Positions 19,881 to 30,442 of a stretch of DNA of 64,000 nt are shown piece after piece (position 1 is the first letter of the stretch; each line of letters begins with the position of its first letter). The stretch lies in NCBI GenBank assembly GCA_963833125.1, contig CAWHWX010000018.1:1-64000 (forward strand). Reading direction: 5' to 3'. The position numbers and the translations under genes were made by a program. This DNA comes from Candidatus Bathyarchaeota archaeon. Lineage in GTDB: Archaea; Thermoproteota; Bathyarchaeia; 40CM-2-53-6. Under the pieces are notes generated by a model, which was not told the DNA's origin, made no database searches, and worked only from the letters and a program-made list of their open reading frames with translations.

Positions 19881-21098
19881 TTGAAGAAAGAGAACCTCAT
19901 GCATCTGAGCACAGAAGAAGAGGCAGCGCTCGGCGGTGGGTACGGCGAGGGTTCTCAGGTATGCATGGAACTACTCGTGGCAATTGGGGATGCGTTTGAT
20001 GCGGAGCGGATGATTCCGGTTACTCGTGCTCATGCGGCTTCTAGCGGGCAAGAGGGCGACTTGTTTTTTGTTGAGAAGTTAGCTAAGGGAGGTGCACGTT
20101 GTAAGATTCCGACCACGACGAACCCAGTCGCCAACTTCGATTACTTTCAGAAAATTATCAATATGGCCGACGAACCTGAGGAGGCTTCAGTCGCTTGGAA
20201 GGTTAAGCAGTACTACAGGGAAATTGGCGCCGTAATGAGTCAGTCATGCATCCCATACTTAGCCGAGAACATTCCGAAGTATGGGGAGCACGTAGCCTTT
20301 TCAGAATCCAGCGCAACGCCCTACGTTAACTCTGTTATTGGAGGATTAACGAACAGAGAGTCAATACAAACCGCCTTGGCTGCTGGAGTCATAGGCAAGA
20401 CGCCTGAGTATGGGCTGCATTTGAAAGAGAACCGCAAAGGAACGGTGCTCGTTAATGTCGAAGCCAAATTGACGAACGGATATGATTATGGGATTCTCGG
20501 CCAATACGTTGGGAAGAAGGTTGGGAACGGCGTTCCGGTGTTTATCGGCATAGGGAAGAACCCCACAATTGACCAGTTCATCAACCTGTGCGCAATGATG
20601 AACGTAACCGGCGCGATATCCATGTTTTTCATTCCGGGGTTCACGGTTGACGCCAAGACGCCTGAAGATGCCTTTGGCGGCGACGTTCCCAATGATAAGA
20701 TAACTGTTACCCAAAATGACTTGAAGTTGACTGAAGCTGAACTGCAGACAACGGATGGGAACGTGGAACTTGTCATGCTCGGTTGTCCCCATTACAACCT
20801 GGACCAGATAGGAGACGTTGCGAGGCTTCTGGACGGAAAGAAGTTGAGAACCGGGGTTTCTTTCTGGATTAATACTTCCGCAACAACGAAATTAATGGCG
20901 GAGAGGGCTGGTTATCTCCCAATGATACAGAATTCCGGCGCCCGACTCATAACAGACACCTGCATCGACATATTCGTCTTCAACCATTTACGAGGAAAAA
21001 CTGGGATGACCGACTCGCCGAAGTGCGCCTACTACAAAAGGTTCGGTAACGTGAGAGTCGGCAACGTAACCGAATGTGTCGCAGCAGCTGTTCAATAA
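19881..21098 (+). CDS. Aconitase X catalytic subunit (DUF521)
   Basis: PTTTNP, SCIPY, SESSA..Y.NSV.G..TNRES, GCPH, DTC, TDSPKCAYY. ATG at 19899 is an alternative start. Confidence 0.88.
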   Translation: MKKENLMHLSTEEEAALGGGYGEGSQVCMELLVAIGDAFDAERMIPVTRAHAASSGQEGDLFFVEKLAKGGARCKIPTTTNPVANFDYFQKIINMADEPEEASVAWKVKQYYREIGAVMSQSCIPYLAENIPKYGEHVAFSESSATPYVNSVIGGLTNRESIQTALAAGVIGKTPEYGLHLKENRKGTVLVNVEAKLTNGYDYGILGQYVGKKVGNGVPVFIGIGKNPTIDQFINLCAMMNVTGAISMFFIPGFTVDAKTPEDAFGGDVPNDKITVTQNDLKLTEAELQTTDGNVELVMLGCPHYNLDQIGDVARLLDGKKLRTGVSFWINTSATTKLMAERAGYLPMIQNSGARLITDTCIDIFVFNHLRGKTGMTDSPKCAYYKRFGNVRVGNVTECVAAAVQ

Positions 21099-21110
21099 AG
21101 GTGAAGCAAG

Positions 21111-21530
21111 ACGCCGGACCTTACGCTACGCTGCCACAAGATCGTGAAAGGTTACGGGGAAGGTGAAGCCCTCGTTTCCAAAGATCCAATCTGCTTCTAC
21201 CTAGCCGAGCCAAAGACAGGCGTTGTGCGAGAGCGGGGCCATCAGTTAGAGGGCAAGAGTGTTTCCGGAAAGGTACTGGTATTTCCTTCGGGAAAGGCGA
21301 GTTCCGCGGTTCAGATGGATGGACTTCGCAAACTGAATTTGAATAATGTTATGCCTACAGCACTGATCGTCACAGACGTGGAGCCGGTCCTAGTTTCGGC
21401 TGCCGCGTTACTGAAGATACCGATGGTTGATCGACTGGAGAAGGATCCATTCGATGCCATTCAGACTGGCGACATGGTCAAAGTTGATGCGGAACACTCC
21501 ACAGTCACCATAGTGAAGTCCGCGTCCTAA
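21111..21530 (+). CDS. Aconitase X swivel (small) subunit (DUF126)
   Basis: GEGEALVS..PI, H.LEGKSVSGKVLVFPSGKASS, IPMVD, TGD.V.VDA. The frame is open from 21105, and ACG at 21111 follows a GGTGA SD-like motif. Confidence 0.85.
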   Translation, partial: TPDLTLRCHKIVKGYGEGEALVSKDPICFYLAEPKTGVVRERGHQLEGKSVSGKVLVFPSGKASSAVQMDGLRKLNLNNVMPTALIVTDVEPVLVSAAALLKIPMVDRLEKDPFDAIQTGDMVKVDAEHSTVTIVKSAS

Positions 21531-21575
21531 CAAAGCCGTCCAGCAGCGGCGCTCTCAGATTCTTTTCTGGGTTGT

Positions 21576-23201
21576 TTATTCTGGCGGAATCTCTTTGAAG
21601 GCTAGGTCAACGTCAATGCCTATGCGTTTCTTCCATATCTTGTTCGCGTAGTAATACACCGCCAGCACCACGTAAATCCCGATCACTACGGCCAGGGGGA
21701 TTGGGTTCAGCAGGCCGAGCGATGGAATCGCAACGTAGAAGTAGATGAGTACCGCCGAGAAGATGATGGTCAGTACGCCCATGACGGATATCAAAGGCAT
21801 GCCAGCTATGTTGTATTTTGAAATTGGGGACTGCCTGTAAACATCCTTCGCCTTTCGCGGGAACATTATGGCGGCGACTGCGGCGAGAATGTAAGCCAAT
21901 AGAACTGCTGCCACAGAGGCTGATGTGTAGAAGAAGATGAAGGGATAGTACACAGCCAAGAGGACGAATACTACGGAGCCTACCAGGTAAAGGATGAGGC
22001 CGTACATTGGCGTAAGAAATCGGGTTTTGAGTTCAGCCAACTTGCTCGGAAGCAGCCTGTCTAGGGTCTGGGCGAGCATTACCCTGCTGCCTACAATATA
22101 CAGAACGACCATGAGGTTCAACAGGTTCAGGAAGACGCCGGCCGAGAGGAGGAAGTCGACAGCCCAATTATTTGATGCTATGAGAATTAACGTAACAAAG
22201 TTGGGCGTGAAAGGCATCTGGGCGGTAAGTGGAGAAGCGGAGTCGTAGAGATAGAAGAATGAGCCGTAGAAAGTCGCACCGACATTTTGAAGAAGAATGT
22301 AAATCGCTACGTAGAACAGACCAATTATCACGATCGAACCGTATATGGAGTAGAGCGCTAGTTTCAGAACTTTCGCGTCTTTAATCTCGCCCATGACGAT
22401 TATGCTCCAAAACCCATACCCAAGCGGAATCATCGTCAAAACAAGGACCCCAAACGTCTGGTACCAATCGAAACCAGTTGTGCTTGGGCTGTACCCTTGG
22501 GCAGCAGCCGTTGTAATAATGGCGTGATACCAATCGGTACGGTTGCCGGTGGCCGTGGAAACAAAATTATTGAACGAAGCTTGATAGGATGGGGGTGTTG
22601 TGAAAAGCAAGATTCCAAGAGCAAGCGCCACCGCAACGAACGCAATTACGACAAGCCAACGTTGAATTTTCACATAGAACTCCATTCCAAAAGCTGTGAC
22701 CAGCAAGGAAAATACGAGGATGAGAATGCTGATCAAGGCTTCAGCGTTCGGAGTGATTACCCAAGAACTGAGTCCGTAGGCTACCGGAGAACCCGTGTAA
22801 TATGCGACCTTCAAAATGAAGGGAGCTAGGCCTTCCCATATCATTTGGATTGGTGTTATGGCGGCGAAGTACCACTGCCATGCAACCCAAGCGGCGAAGG
22901 TAGCTACGAAGCCCCACATTGGCGACACGAGTCTGCTGATGAATACATAGTCGCCGCCGCTTCTAGGATAGCTTGCGGCAAGAACAGAATACACGACGTA
23001 CAAGGGCGCAGTAAATACGATTGTGAGCAAGAACGCAACGGGTATGTTAGCGTTCGGAAAGAACGATGGGGCCAACTGAAACGTGAATATGACGCCGCCA
23101 AAGAATTGAATCGTGACGAGGTTGAAGAGCAGAGCGTCGTGTGCGTTCATTACTCTGACGAGGCCTGACTTAGACCTTAGAAAACCGCCAGCTTGAGTCA
23201 A
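21576..23201 (-). CDS. APC family amino acid/amine permease
   Basis: FLRSKSGLVR, PRSGGDYVFISR, DRLLP; C-terminal KEIPPE. Confidence 0.9.
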   Translation of the reverse strand: MTQAGGFLRSKSGLVRVMNAHDALLFNLVTIQFFGGVIFTFQLAPSFFPNANIPVAFLLTIVFTAPLYVVYSVLAASYPRSGGDYVFISRLVSPMWGFVATFAAWVAWQWYFAAITPIQMIWEGLAPFILKVAYYTGSPVAYGLSSWVITPNAEALISILILVFSLLVTAFGMEFYVKIQRWLVVIAFVAVALALGILLFTTPPSYQASFNNFVSTATGNRTDWYHAIITTAAAQGYSPSTTGFDWYQTFGVLVLTMIPLGYGFWSIIVMGEIKDAKVLKLALYSIYGSIVIIGLFYVAIYILLQNVGATFYGSFFYLYDSASPLTAQMPFTPNFVTLILIASNNWAVDFLLSAGVFLNLLNLMVVLYIVGSRVMLAQTLDRLLPSKLAELKTRFLTPMYGLILYLVGSVVFVLLAVYYPFIFFYTSASVAAVLLAYILAAVAAIMFPRKAKDVYRQSPISKYNIAGMPLISVMGVLTIIFSAVLIYFYVAIPSLGLLNPIPLAVVIGIYVVLAVYYYANKIWKKRIGIDVDLAFKEIPPE

Positions 23202-23323
23202 CTTACAAGATCCGAATCTTCATCAGTTCGTTGTGTATTTAAAACTTCTAACAGGCAACTGGGCTCGCCGAGAATGTGTTCCGTTAGTGAAACGTTAAAC
23301 GTTCTTGGATACTTACACTACGC

Positions 23324-24647
23324 ATGACGAATTTTCAGGTTTACCGTTTGCGTGAAATTCCATCAGACGTTAAAAATAGGATAGTTAGGAGATCACGGCC
23401 AGATCTAAGCAGCTTAGAGCCAGAAGTGAAGAAGATTCTGGACGAGGTTAAGGAGCGAGGCGACGACGCCATCACTGAATTCCTCGCCACCCAAATCGGC
23501 AAGCCCGTTAACGCGAGTGAGCTTAGGGTTTCTAAGTCGGAAATAGCGAAATCCTACAAAGAACTCGATGCCAAAGTACTTCAGGCAATCAAACATTTCA
23601 TTCGAAACGTAACGAAATTTCACAAGATGCAGATGCCGAAGAGCTTCATGAACCAAATCGAGCCGGGAGTCTATGCTGGACAAATCGTTGTACCGCTGGA
23701 CTCGGCAGGCCTGTACGTTCCATCAGGGAAGGCGAGATACCCTTCAGTGGCGGGAATGGTGACCGTGGCGGCAAAGGTTGCCGGCGTACCCAGAATCGCT
23801 CTTGCCTCACCGCCTGCGGACGGGATGCGAATGGATCCAGCAACACTCGTCGCGGCACACCTCTCTGGTGCTGACGAATTCTACGTCATGGGAGGCGCAC
23901 ATGCGATAGCGGCGTTTGCCTACGGAACGAAAACAGTCAAGCCCGTTGACGTTGTCGCGGGTCCTGGAGGGCCGTGGACTTATTTGGCGAAGAGAATGGT
24001 TTCAGACTTTGTAAGGTTAGATCTTCCTGCTGGGCCAAGCGAGGGTATGGTCCTCTCAGATGGCACCGTCCCAGCAGTTCAAGCTGCATGGGACGTGCTT
24101 AACGAAGCAGAGCATGGCCCAGACTCATCAGGCACTCTAGTTACAACTTCATATGAATTCGGCGTCGCGAGTCGCGGAGGAGATAGACAAAGCCGTAGAT
24201 CAGCTTACTGAACCGCGAGCATCATTCGTCAAAGAGAACGCGAAGAAGTATTCAGCTATTATAGTCTGCGAAACCATGGACGAGGCGGTTAGTTTTGTCA
24301 ATGAGTTTTCTCCAGAACATCTCGCAATCGACAGCAAATACGCACAGCGCATCCTTCGGAAATATGCTAGAGTTCTCAAGAACTTTGGGACGATATGCCT
24401 AAACACACCAATCTCGGCTGGGAATTTCGGCATCGGTCCGAACTCAACTCTTCCTACGGGCGGAAACGCCCGATTGTTCTCGGGCCTCTCAGTAGACGCT
24501 TTCCTCAGGAAGCCTACGGTCGAGGAATTGAGAGGCAGATCCTGGAGGAAATTTGGTGATATGGTTCATACGTTGGCGGAATACGAAGGGTTTCCATCCC
24601 ATGCTCGAGCCATGGAAACTAAACTGACAAGTCTTTCAAGAAAGTAG
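23324..24647 (+). CDS. hisD: Histidinol dehydrogenase-like protein (divergent; frameshift near 24160)
   Basis: GLYVPSGKA.YPS, GGAHAIAA.AYGT, DLPAGPSE, EAEH, PEHL, LPTGG, EGFPSHA across two ORFs. Confidence 0.85.
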
Positions 24648-24648
24648 C

Positions 24649-25300
24649 TCAGTCTACCGTGCCCTTTACTCCAGCGATTCCACCTTTTCTCCATTCATCC
24701 TCAACTAAACTTTCTCGCAGCGCGACGCCGAAGGCTCTGAAACATGCCTCCCAAAGGTGGTGCGGGTCATCTGCCCGATGGAGGTCCAATTGTATCGTCA
24801 ACCTCATTCCTTGCGCGAAACCCTGAAAGAAGGATTCGAGAAACTCCTCCTGAACATCTTCCACAGTTCCAAATCTTCTAGCGTGTCTTGTGATGTAAGT
24901 TCCCACTCTCCCTTCGAAACTTACGCGCGCCTTCAGCAAATGCTTCGTCAAGGATGCATTGGCCAGAGCCGAAGCCCCTAACCCCAATCTTCTTGCCCCT
25001 TTCCGTTGCCAGCTCGTAAAATGCTCGACCAAGCGTTATCCCCGCGTCTTCAATCGTCGTATGGTTAAGCAGGTAATGAGGAGACTTTACGACCGTATCT
25101 ATGTTGAATTCGGAGAAGTACGCGAGTTCTTCGATCATATGGTTAAGAAAATTAAGCCCAGTACTCAGATCCCATGACTGCCTCGGCCCGTGACGGATTC
25201 TGCACGTAATCTCGGTTTCAGTCGTTCTTCTTACGACTTCAACCTCATTCAAGCCGAGTTTTCCTACTTGAATTCCGAGTGCTTTTTTCTTGGCAGCCAT
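24649..25300 (-). CDS. hisB: Imidazoleglycerol-phosphate dehydratase-like protein (divergent; frameshift near 24928)
   Basis: RRTTETEI, TGLNFLNHMIE, HTTIEDAGITLG, LDEA, HHLWEACFRAFGVALR. Confidence 0.8.
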
Positions 25301-25343
25301 ACGTGTCAAGTCCAATGTGATTCATTTAAGATATGCGAGCGCG

Positions 25344-26112
25344 CTACCACAGCGTCCAGCCGCCATCAACGACAATCAACTGTCCAGTAACGTAATCCGA
25401 GGCTTTTGAAGCTAAGAATTGGACGACGCCGGTTAGTTCCTTTGGTTTCCCGATTCTTCGCACCGGAATCCGTGACAGCGTGTATGAGAGTTCGTCCAAA
25501 TCTTCAATGATCGCTTTTGTCATTTCGCTGGAAAAGAAACCTGGCGCTATCGAGTTTACCTGAATATTGTAAGGGGCAAGTTCCAAAGCTAGTTGGCGCG
25601 TTAACCCAATAACTCCGGCTTTCGAAGCGTAATATGGCAATTCCGGGGAAGTATCAGCTCTCAAGCCGTATACAGATGAAATGTTGACGATCTTCCCTCT
25701 TCTTTGTCCGATCATCTGCCTCGAAGCATGTTTTGCGCAAAGGAAAGCGCCAGTTAAGTTGACATCCAGAACTCTCTTCCAAGCCTCTAACTTCAGCTCA
25801 TTAGTTGGAGACACGTGGGTTGTTCCGGCATTGTTAATCAAAACATCCAGGGAACCATAAGAGGCGACCGTCGCCTTTACGGCTCCCTCAACCTCCTTCT
25901 CTCTTGTCACATCACATTTTGTCGATTTGGCCTCGAATCCACGCTTCCTTAGCGAACCGCGCAAATCGATCTAGCTTATCGGTTCTTCTAGCTGCGAGTA
26001 CAACTTTGGCTCCGGATTCGGCGAGTCCTTCAGCAATTACGCTTCCGATTCCGCTTGATGCCCCCGTCACTAAGCATGTTGCACCGCGCAAATCGAATAG
26101 ATCACGGGTCAT
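25344..26112 (-). CDS. Short-chain dehydrogenase/reductase (gluconate 5-dehydrogenase-like; frameshift near 25960)
   Basis: FDLRG..CLVTGASSGIG, NNAG, YYASK, VNSIAPG, VDGG. Confidence 0.9.
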
Positions 26113-26579
26113 GACTTTATCACGATCAAGGGGATCGAACTTTCAACAGCTAAGGTTGAAGCTAAGTTAGCTGAAAAGTACAATTTCTTTGAGTCGGAGA
26201 CTACTAACATGGAATCGCAATGTCTCCGCACAGCCTCGTCCGAATAAACCGACGCCGGCAACCGATCTCCATCGTAGTCCAGCGCAATTAAATCGAAATC
26301 GAACCCTTTCAGGGTCTTGGCACAGTTGGCGCGGTCAACCGTCGGGGTACCAAATCTCACGGCAAACTTGCCAGCTGAATCCTGTGACAACTTCAGGTAA
26401 GCGATCGTGAGATGTGGTCTTTCACCTCGATTGCGTAGATATGAGGACACGAGGTGTAGGTCGCCTACGTCCCTAAGTGCCACTAGCACCTTACTCATGA
26501 CGTTCACGATCAGACTGTAGAAGTCATAGTTCGCTTGATAAGATTGATTAATCTCCTTCTCGAACACGTCCGTTTTCAT
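26109..26579 (-). CDS. Hypothetical protein, weakly universal-stress-protein-like
   Basis: MSKVLVAL near the start and SIPLIVIK at the end resemble UspA termini. The stop overlaps the SDR start (ATGA). The start may be 26498. Confidence 0.45.
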   Translation of the reverse strand: MKTDVFEKEINQSYQANYDFYSLIVNVMSKVLVALRDVGDLHLVSSYLRNRGERPHLTIAYLKLSQDSAGKFAVRFGTPTVDRANCAKTLKGFDFDLIALDYDGDRLPASVYSDEAVRRHCDSMLVVSDSKKLYFSANLASTLAVESSIPLIVIKS

Positions 26580-26608
26580 ACGCGTCAATCGGTTATTCAG
26601 CTCAAGGA

Positions 26609-27442
26609 GTGACACGAGGCCTGGCCACGAGTGTTGAAAATGTTCTGAAGGACGAGGTTGAACTCGCATCGGACGCGAACTCCAAGAATATCGACTTACG
26701 ACTAGTTGGCGGAATCGCTGTTTACCTTCACTGCATGAAGCATGAATCGGACATCTCAGGTTTGTACAAGAGCACCGGAAGGATTGCACAGGATGGTTCT
26801 TTCGGGGGAGACATTGATTTGGTCGCATATAGTTCGCAAAGAAAATATATCGTCCCATTTTTCGAAAAGGAAAAGCGATTGGTTCCGGATTTACGGTTCA
26901 ACACGATGTTTGGCTTCAAGAGATTAATCTACCAGAAACCAGGCGTCTACGAGATCGACCTCTTCTTCGACAAGTTGCAGTACAGTCACGATATCTCATT
27001 CGGCAATAAACCGGAACAGGGTAGGCTGGGCCTGGATTTTCCAACCCTGAACCTTACGGATCTGTTCCTTTCGAAGTTGCAAATTCACAAGATCACAAGA
27101 AAGGACCAACTGGACATAGGGCTCATGCTACTGCATCATGACCTGTCAGGCTCAGATTCACCCGAGCACATTAATTCTACGAGAATAGCCGAAACCTTAG
27201 CGTCGGACTGGGGTTTCTGGTACGATGCAATGGCTAACCTGAAGCAAGCCTCTGCGACAGCCAACTCTTTGGTTGCTGAACAGAAGCTCACACCACAGCA
27301 AGGCCAAACAATAGAGTCTCACACAAACGAACTAATCACGTCGATAGACAACACATCGAAGAGCTCTCAATGGGAGAAGAGGGCCAAAACCGGTACAAGC
27401 AAGCCATGGTACAGAGACGTTGAAGAAGTCGTTCGGACCTAG
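26609..27442 (+). CDS. Uncharacterised nucleotidyltransferase-fold protein
   Basis: LRLVGGIAV..H followed by DIDL and a third Asp (IDLF), then LSKLQI...KD..D; Pol-beta superfamily signature. Confidence 0.65.
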   Translation: MTRGLATSVENVLKDEVELASDANSKNIDLRLVGGIAVYLHCMKHESDISGLYKSTGRIAQDGSFGGDIDLVAYSSQRKYIVPFFEKEKRLVPDLRFNTMFGFKRLIYQKPGVYEIDLFFDKLQYSHDISFGNKPEQGRLGLDFPTLNLTDLFLSKLQIHKITRKDQLDIGLMLLHHDLSGSDSPEHINSTRIAETLASDWGFWYDAMANLKQASATANSLVAEQKLTPQQGQTIESHTNELITSIDNTSKSSQWEKRAKTGTSKPWYRDVEEVVRT

Positions 27443-27450
27443 GCACCCTT

Positions 27451-28653
27451 ATGAACCCCAGCCAGTTGCCTCCAAAACTTGAATCAATTTCTCTCGATCA
27501 ACCCAGTCGAATCATTTTCGGGGTGGGAGCCTCAAACGAGCTAGCCAAAGAAATCAGTCAACTGGTCCCCGGTAACGCCAAGGTCTTCCTTGTGCATGAT
27601 AGATTCCTAACAAAGTCAGATGTGTTACCGAAGATTGTGAACTCACTCAACGAAAAAGGCATGGGTGTACAAACGTACGAGGTCGCCGCTGAGCCCACGA
27701 TCGAAACGGTGTCAAAGATGGTTGAGTCAATGAGGCAGGGCCAATTCGGTTGCGTTGTTGGTATTGGGGGTGGGAGTTCGTTGGATACAGCGAAGTTTGC
27801 GAGCCTTCTCTACGCAAACAAAGGAGGCGTCGAAGATTACCTAACTTCAGATCCTATTCGAATCGAGAAACCTCTGCCGAAGATACTTATGCCTACCACC
27901 GCCGGTACGGGAAGTGAAGTCAGCTCGTTTGCGGTTGCGATAGGTAAGGATCGAGTGAAGCGCTTCCTTCAAGGGCAGGTTGCGTTGGCGGATGTCGCTT
28001 TGATTGATCCAACTCTCGCATTAACCTGCCCTAAGAACGTAACCGCCGGGAGTGGAATGGACGCTCTTGGAACAGCTATAGAGGCGGTGCTATCAAAGAA
28101 GGCGACGATGCTCTCGGACTTTCTCGCTACCAGCACAATTCAGCTCGTAGCGAAGAATTTGCGGAAAGCGGTGACAAACGGCGACGACATTCCTGCCCGC
28201 TACAACATGGCTATGGCCGCGATGTTCAGCGGTCTAGCTGTAAATACGCCAGCGGCCGTGAACATTTCACATTGCATCGCGGAGGTCATCGGCCCAATGT
28301 ACCGTATTCCTCATGGGGAAACGGTGGGGATAACAACGCCTTACGGCATGGAATTCAACGCGCCTGCATGCGAAGATGGGTTAGTCAAGATCGCCGAAGC
28401 AATTGGTTTGCAAAATCAAGGATTAGCATCGGGCCAAGTCGCAAAGTCATCAGTCGAAGCGGTGAGACAGCTCTGCGCAGACATAGGAATTCCATCCTCA
28501 TTTGTGGGCCTAGGGCTAAGTGAGCAGAAGTTGGACGAAATTGCAAACTACATCGTCAGCAAGCAAATCTCGGCCTACGGTCTATCCGAGATAAACCCTG
28601 TCGAACTCGGCTTGGACAATGTGAAGATGTTGCTGAAGAGAATGTGCAGTTAG
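27451..28653 (+). CDS. Iron-containing (group III) alcohol dehydrogenase family
   Basis: GGGSSLDTAK, PTTAGTGSE, GMDAL, PHG. Confidence 0.88.
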   Translation: MNPSQLPPKLESISLDQPSRIIFGVGASNELAKEISQLVPGNAKVFLVHDRFLTKSDVLPKIVNSLNEKGMGVQTYEVAAEPTIETVSKMVESMRQGQFGCVVGIGGGSSLDTAKFASLLYANKGGVEDYLTSDPIRIEKPLPKILMPTTAGTGSEVSSFAVAIGKDRVKRFLQGQVALADVALIDPTLALTCPKNVTAGSGMDALGTAIEAVLSKKATMLSDFLATSTIQLVAKNLRKAVTNGDDIPARYNMAMAAMFSGLAVNTPAAVNISHCIAEVIGPMYRIPHGETVGITTPYGMEFNAPACEDGLVKIAEAIGLQNQGLASGQVAKSSVEAVRQLCADIGIPSSFVGLGLSEQKLDEIANYIVSKQISAYGLSEINPVELGLDNVKMLLKRMCS

Positions 28654-28672
28654 TTCCACAGTAAGTGATGGT

Positions 28673-29655
28673 TCAACCTGACGTGAATTGGTAACTCTTA
28701 ACCCCACTTTCGTCCAGGTTGACGATAACTCCTCTCAGGATGCCCTCCGAATATTCGCTCCCTGGGTTAACGCATAAGGTCTTCCCAATTTTGACCGCAC
28801 CCTTTGATTCGTGAATGTGCCCATGTAAACCTAGGAATGGTTGATATTTTTCTATGGCAGACCGAACAGCAGTGCTACCAGCGCTTATCATGACGGGCAT
28901 TCCGTTTCTCGTCACATATCGCGGAGGGTTTACGGAAACGTCCACTGAGGGAGCTGCGTCAATTGTTGATTTGTGAGGCGGCACGTGGAAATTGAAAACC
29001 ATGCCTATTGCGGTCCGAAACTTGAGACATTAAGGCCTCGATTTTCCTATCAAGTTCTTCTTCCGCACATTCGCGTGGGGTTTTCCACGGAGTGTGGTTG
29101 CTGAATCCTAAGCTCACCATCGTGAACACTTCGCCGAGGGCAATGATTTCGTCCTCTGAATTGACGATACCCGATTGGTTCTTCAGAAAATCTACAATGG
29201 CTGGAGGGTCGTCGTTTCCTCCAGTGACATAAAGAGGGGTATTCGTCTCAGCCAGTTTCTCTTTCGAGAGCTCAATCCATTTTACTTATCCTCTCAAGTG
29301 CGAGTTGCTCATACAACCTATCGTACTTGCTCGGGTCAGCTGCAACATTCGCCCATTCCTCACTTGTTGTGTAGTAAGGGTAGAATCCGAGAATGTTGAT
29401 CCGGGCTTCTACATCCTGAAGCTGAGCGTTGGAAATCTCGGAGAATTTCTGTCCAAGAATATCAGTTTGATAGTTTCCATCTGGATTCTTGAGGATGGGA
29501 ATTACGGCCTTGCCTGTTAGGTCTCCGCCAAGAATCAACACGTCGCTCTTGTAGAATGATGGTGCCTTGAGGAACTTCGTGAACGTCTTATCGCAACCAT
29601 GTACGTCTGTCGCGAAGAAAATTCTGAAGAAATTCCCATTGAGCCATTCATGCAA
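28673..29655 (-). CDS. Calcineurin-like metallophosphoesterase (frameshifts near 29280 and 29005)
   Basis: FATDVHG and GGDLTGK in frame 1; GGNDD and TPWKTPRE in an unlisted middle frame; HVPP, LHGHIHES and NPGSEY in the last frame. Confidence 0.85.
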
Positions 29656-29945
29656 ACGAATTCAACCGCATTGGAGCAGGGCTGTCTCAAGCATAAGAAA
29701 GATGCAGAAAAAGGCTTTCACTCAACTGTGCATTAGCCGTCTTTGTCCTGTTCAAATAAAATGTGTAACTTCGTTATTTTACATGGCCAGTCTTAAGGTA
29801 GCGGAATTGGAATGAGAATTCCCAAACCTAAGCAGTTCCACCTCGATTCTGTGAGGATAGTTTCGTTGGTCTCTCAGCCTAGGGAAATTACACATTCCAA
29901 CCGTGATTAACCAAACACGGTCCAGCTACAAACTGTGAGTTAGAG

Positions 29946-30107
29946 ATGCAGTGTCCATCTTGCGGGGTCGGGTCTGCGTTCGAATGCTTCGAACAGGTGC
30001 GGAATAAGGGGAACTTAGAGTGGAGAGTAACCTTCTACTGCTATTCCTGCAGCAACCAAACCAAATCCACTACCCACCCAACTGATCGAACCTGGTGTCC
30101 CGATTGA
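29946..30107 (+). CDS. Small Zn-ribbon protein (53 aa), not in the ORF track
   Basis: Hand translation: MQCPSCGVGSAFECFEQVRNKGNLEWRVTFYCYSCSNQTKSTTHPTDRTWCPD*. The stop overlaps the next start (TTGA). Confidence 0.6.
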   Translation: MQCPSCGVGSAFECFEQVRNKGNLEWRVTFYCYSCSNQTKSTTHPTDRTWCPD

Positions 30108-30265
30108 ATTGCCCCTTATGCGCAGGCCAATTAGAAGCGGAAAGTCAGGAGCAAATTTGGAACGGAACCAGCTTCAACATTCGAACCAACTACCAGTGCG
30201 TCAAGTGTGAGCTGACGTTCCCTGACCAGTACCTAAGATCTCATCAGGGCTACGCTGAGGATTAG
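30104..30265 (+). CDS. Small Zn-ribbon protein (53 aa), not in the ORF track
   Basis: Hand translation: MNCPLCAGQLEAESQEQIWNGTSFNIRTNYQCVKCELTFPDQYLRSHQGYAED*. Same CPxC-x25-CxxC spacing as the upstream gene. Confidence 0.65.
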   Translation: MNCPLCAGQLEAESQEQIWNGTSFNIRTNYQCVKCELTFPDQYLRSHQGYAED

Positions 30266-30442
30266 TCGAAAGTCGATAGCCATCACCGTGTAAGTCCGCC
30301 AATCCTGCCAACATCCGATTTCCATCTCAATTGCCGAAAAGGAGTCAAATTCCAAACAACCCCTTAAACAAAGAAGGGTCCCCCAAGCGTTGAATGCTAT
30401 CCTTATCTCAAGACGACAACAACCCTCTCTTGAGGTCTGAAG

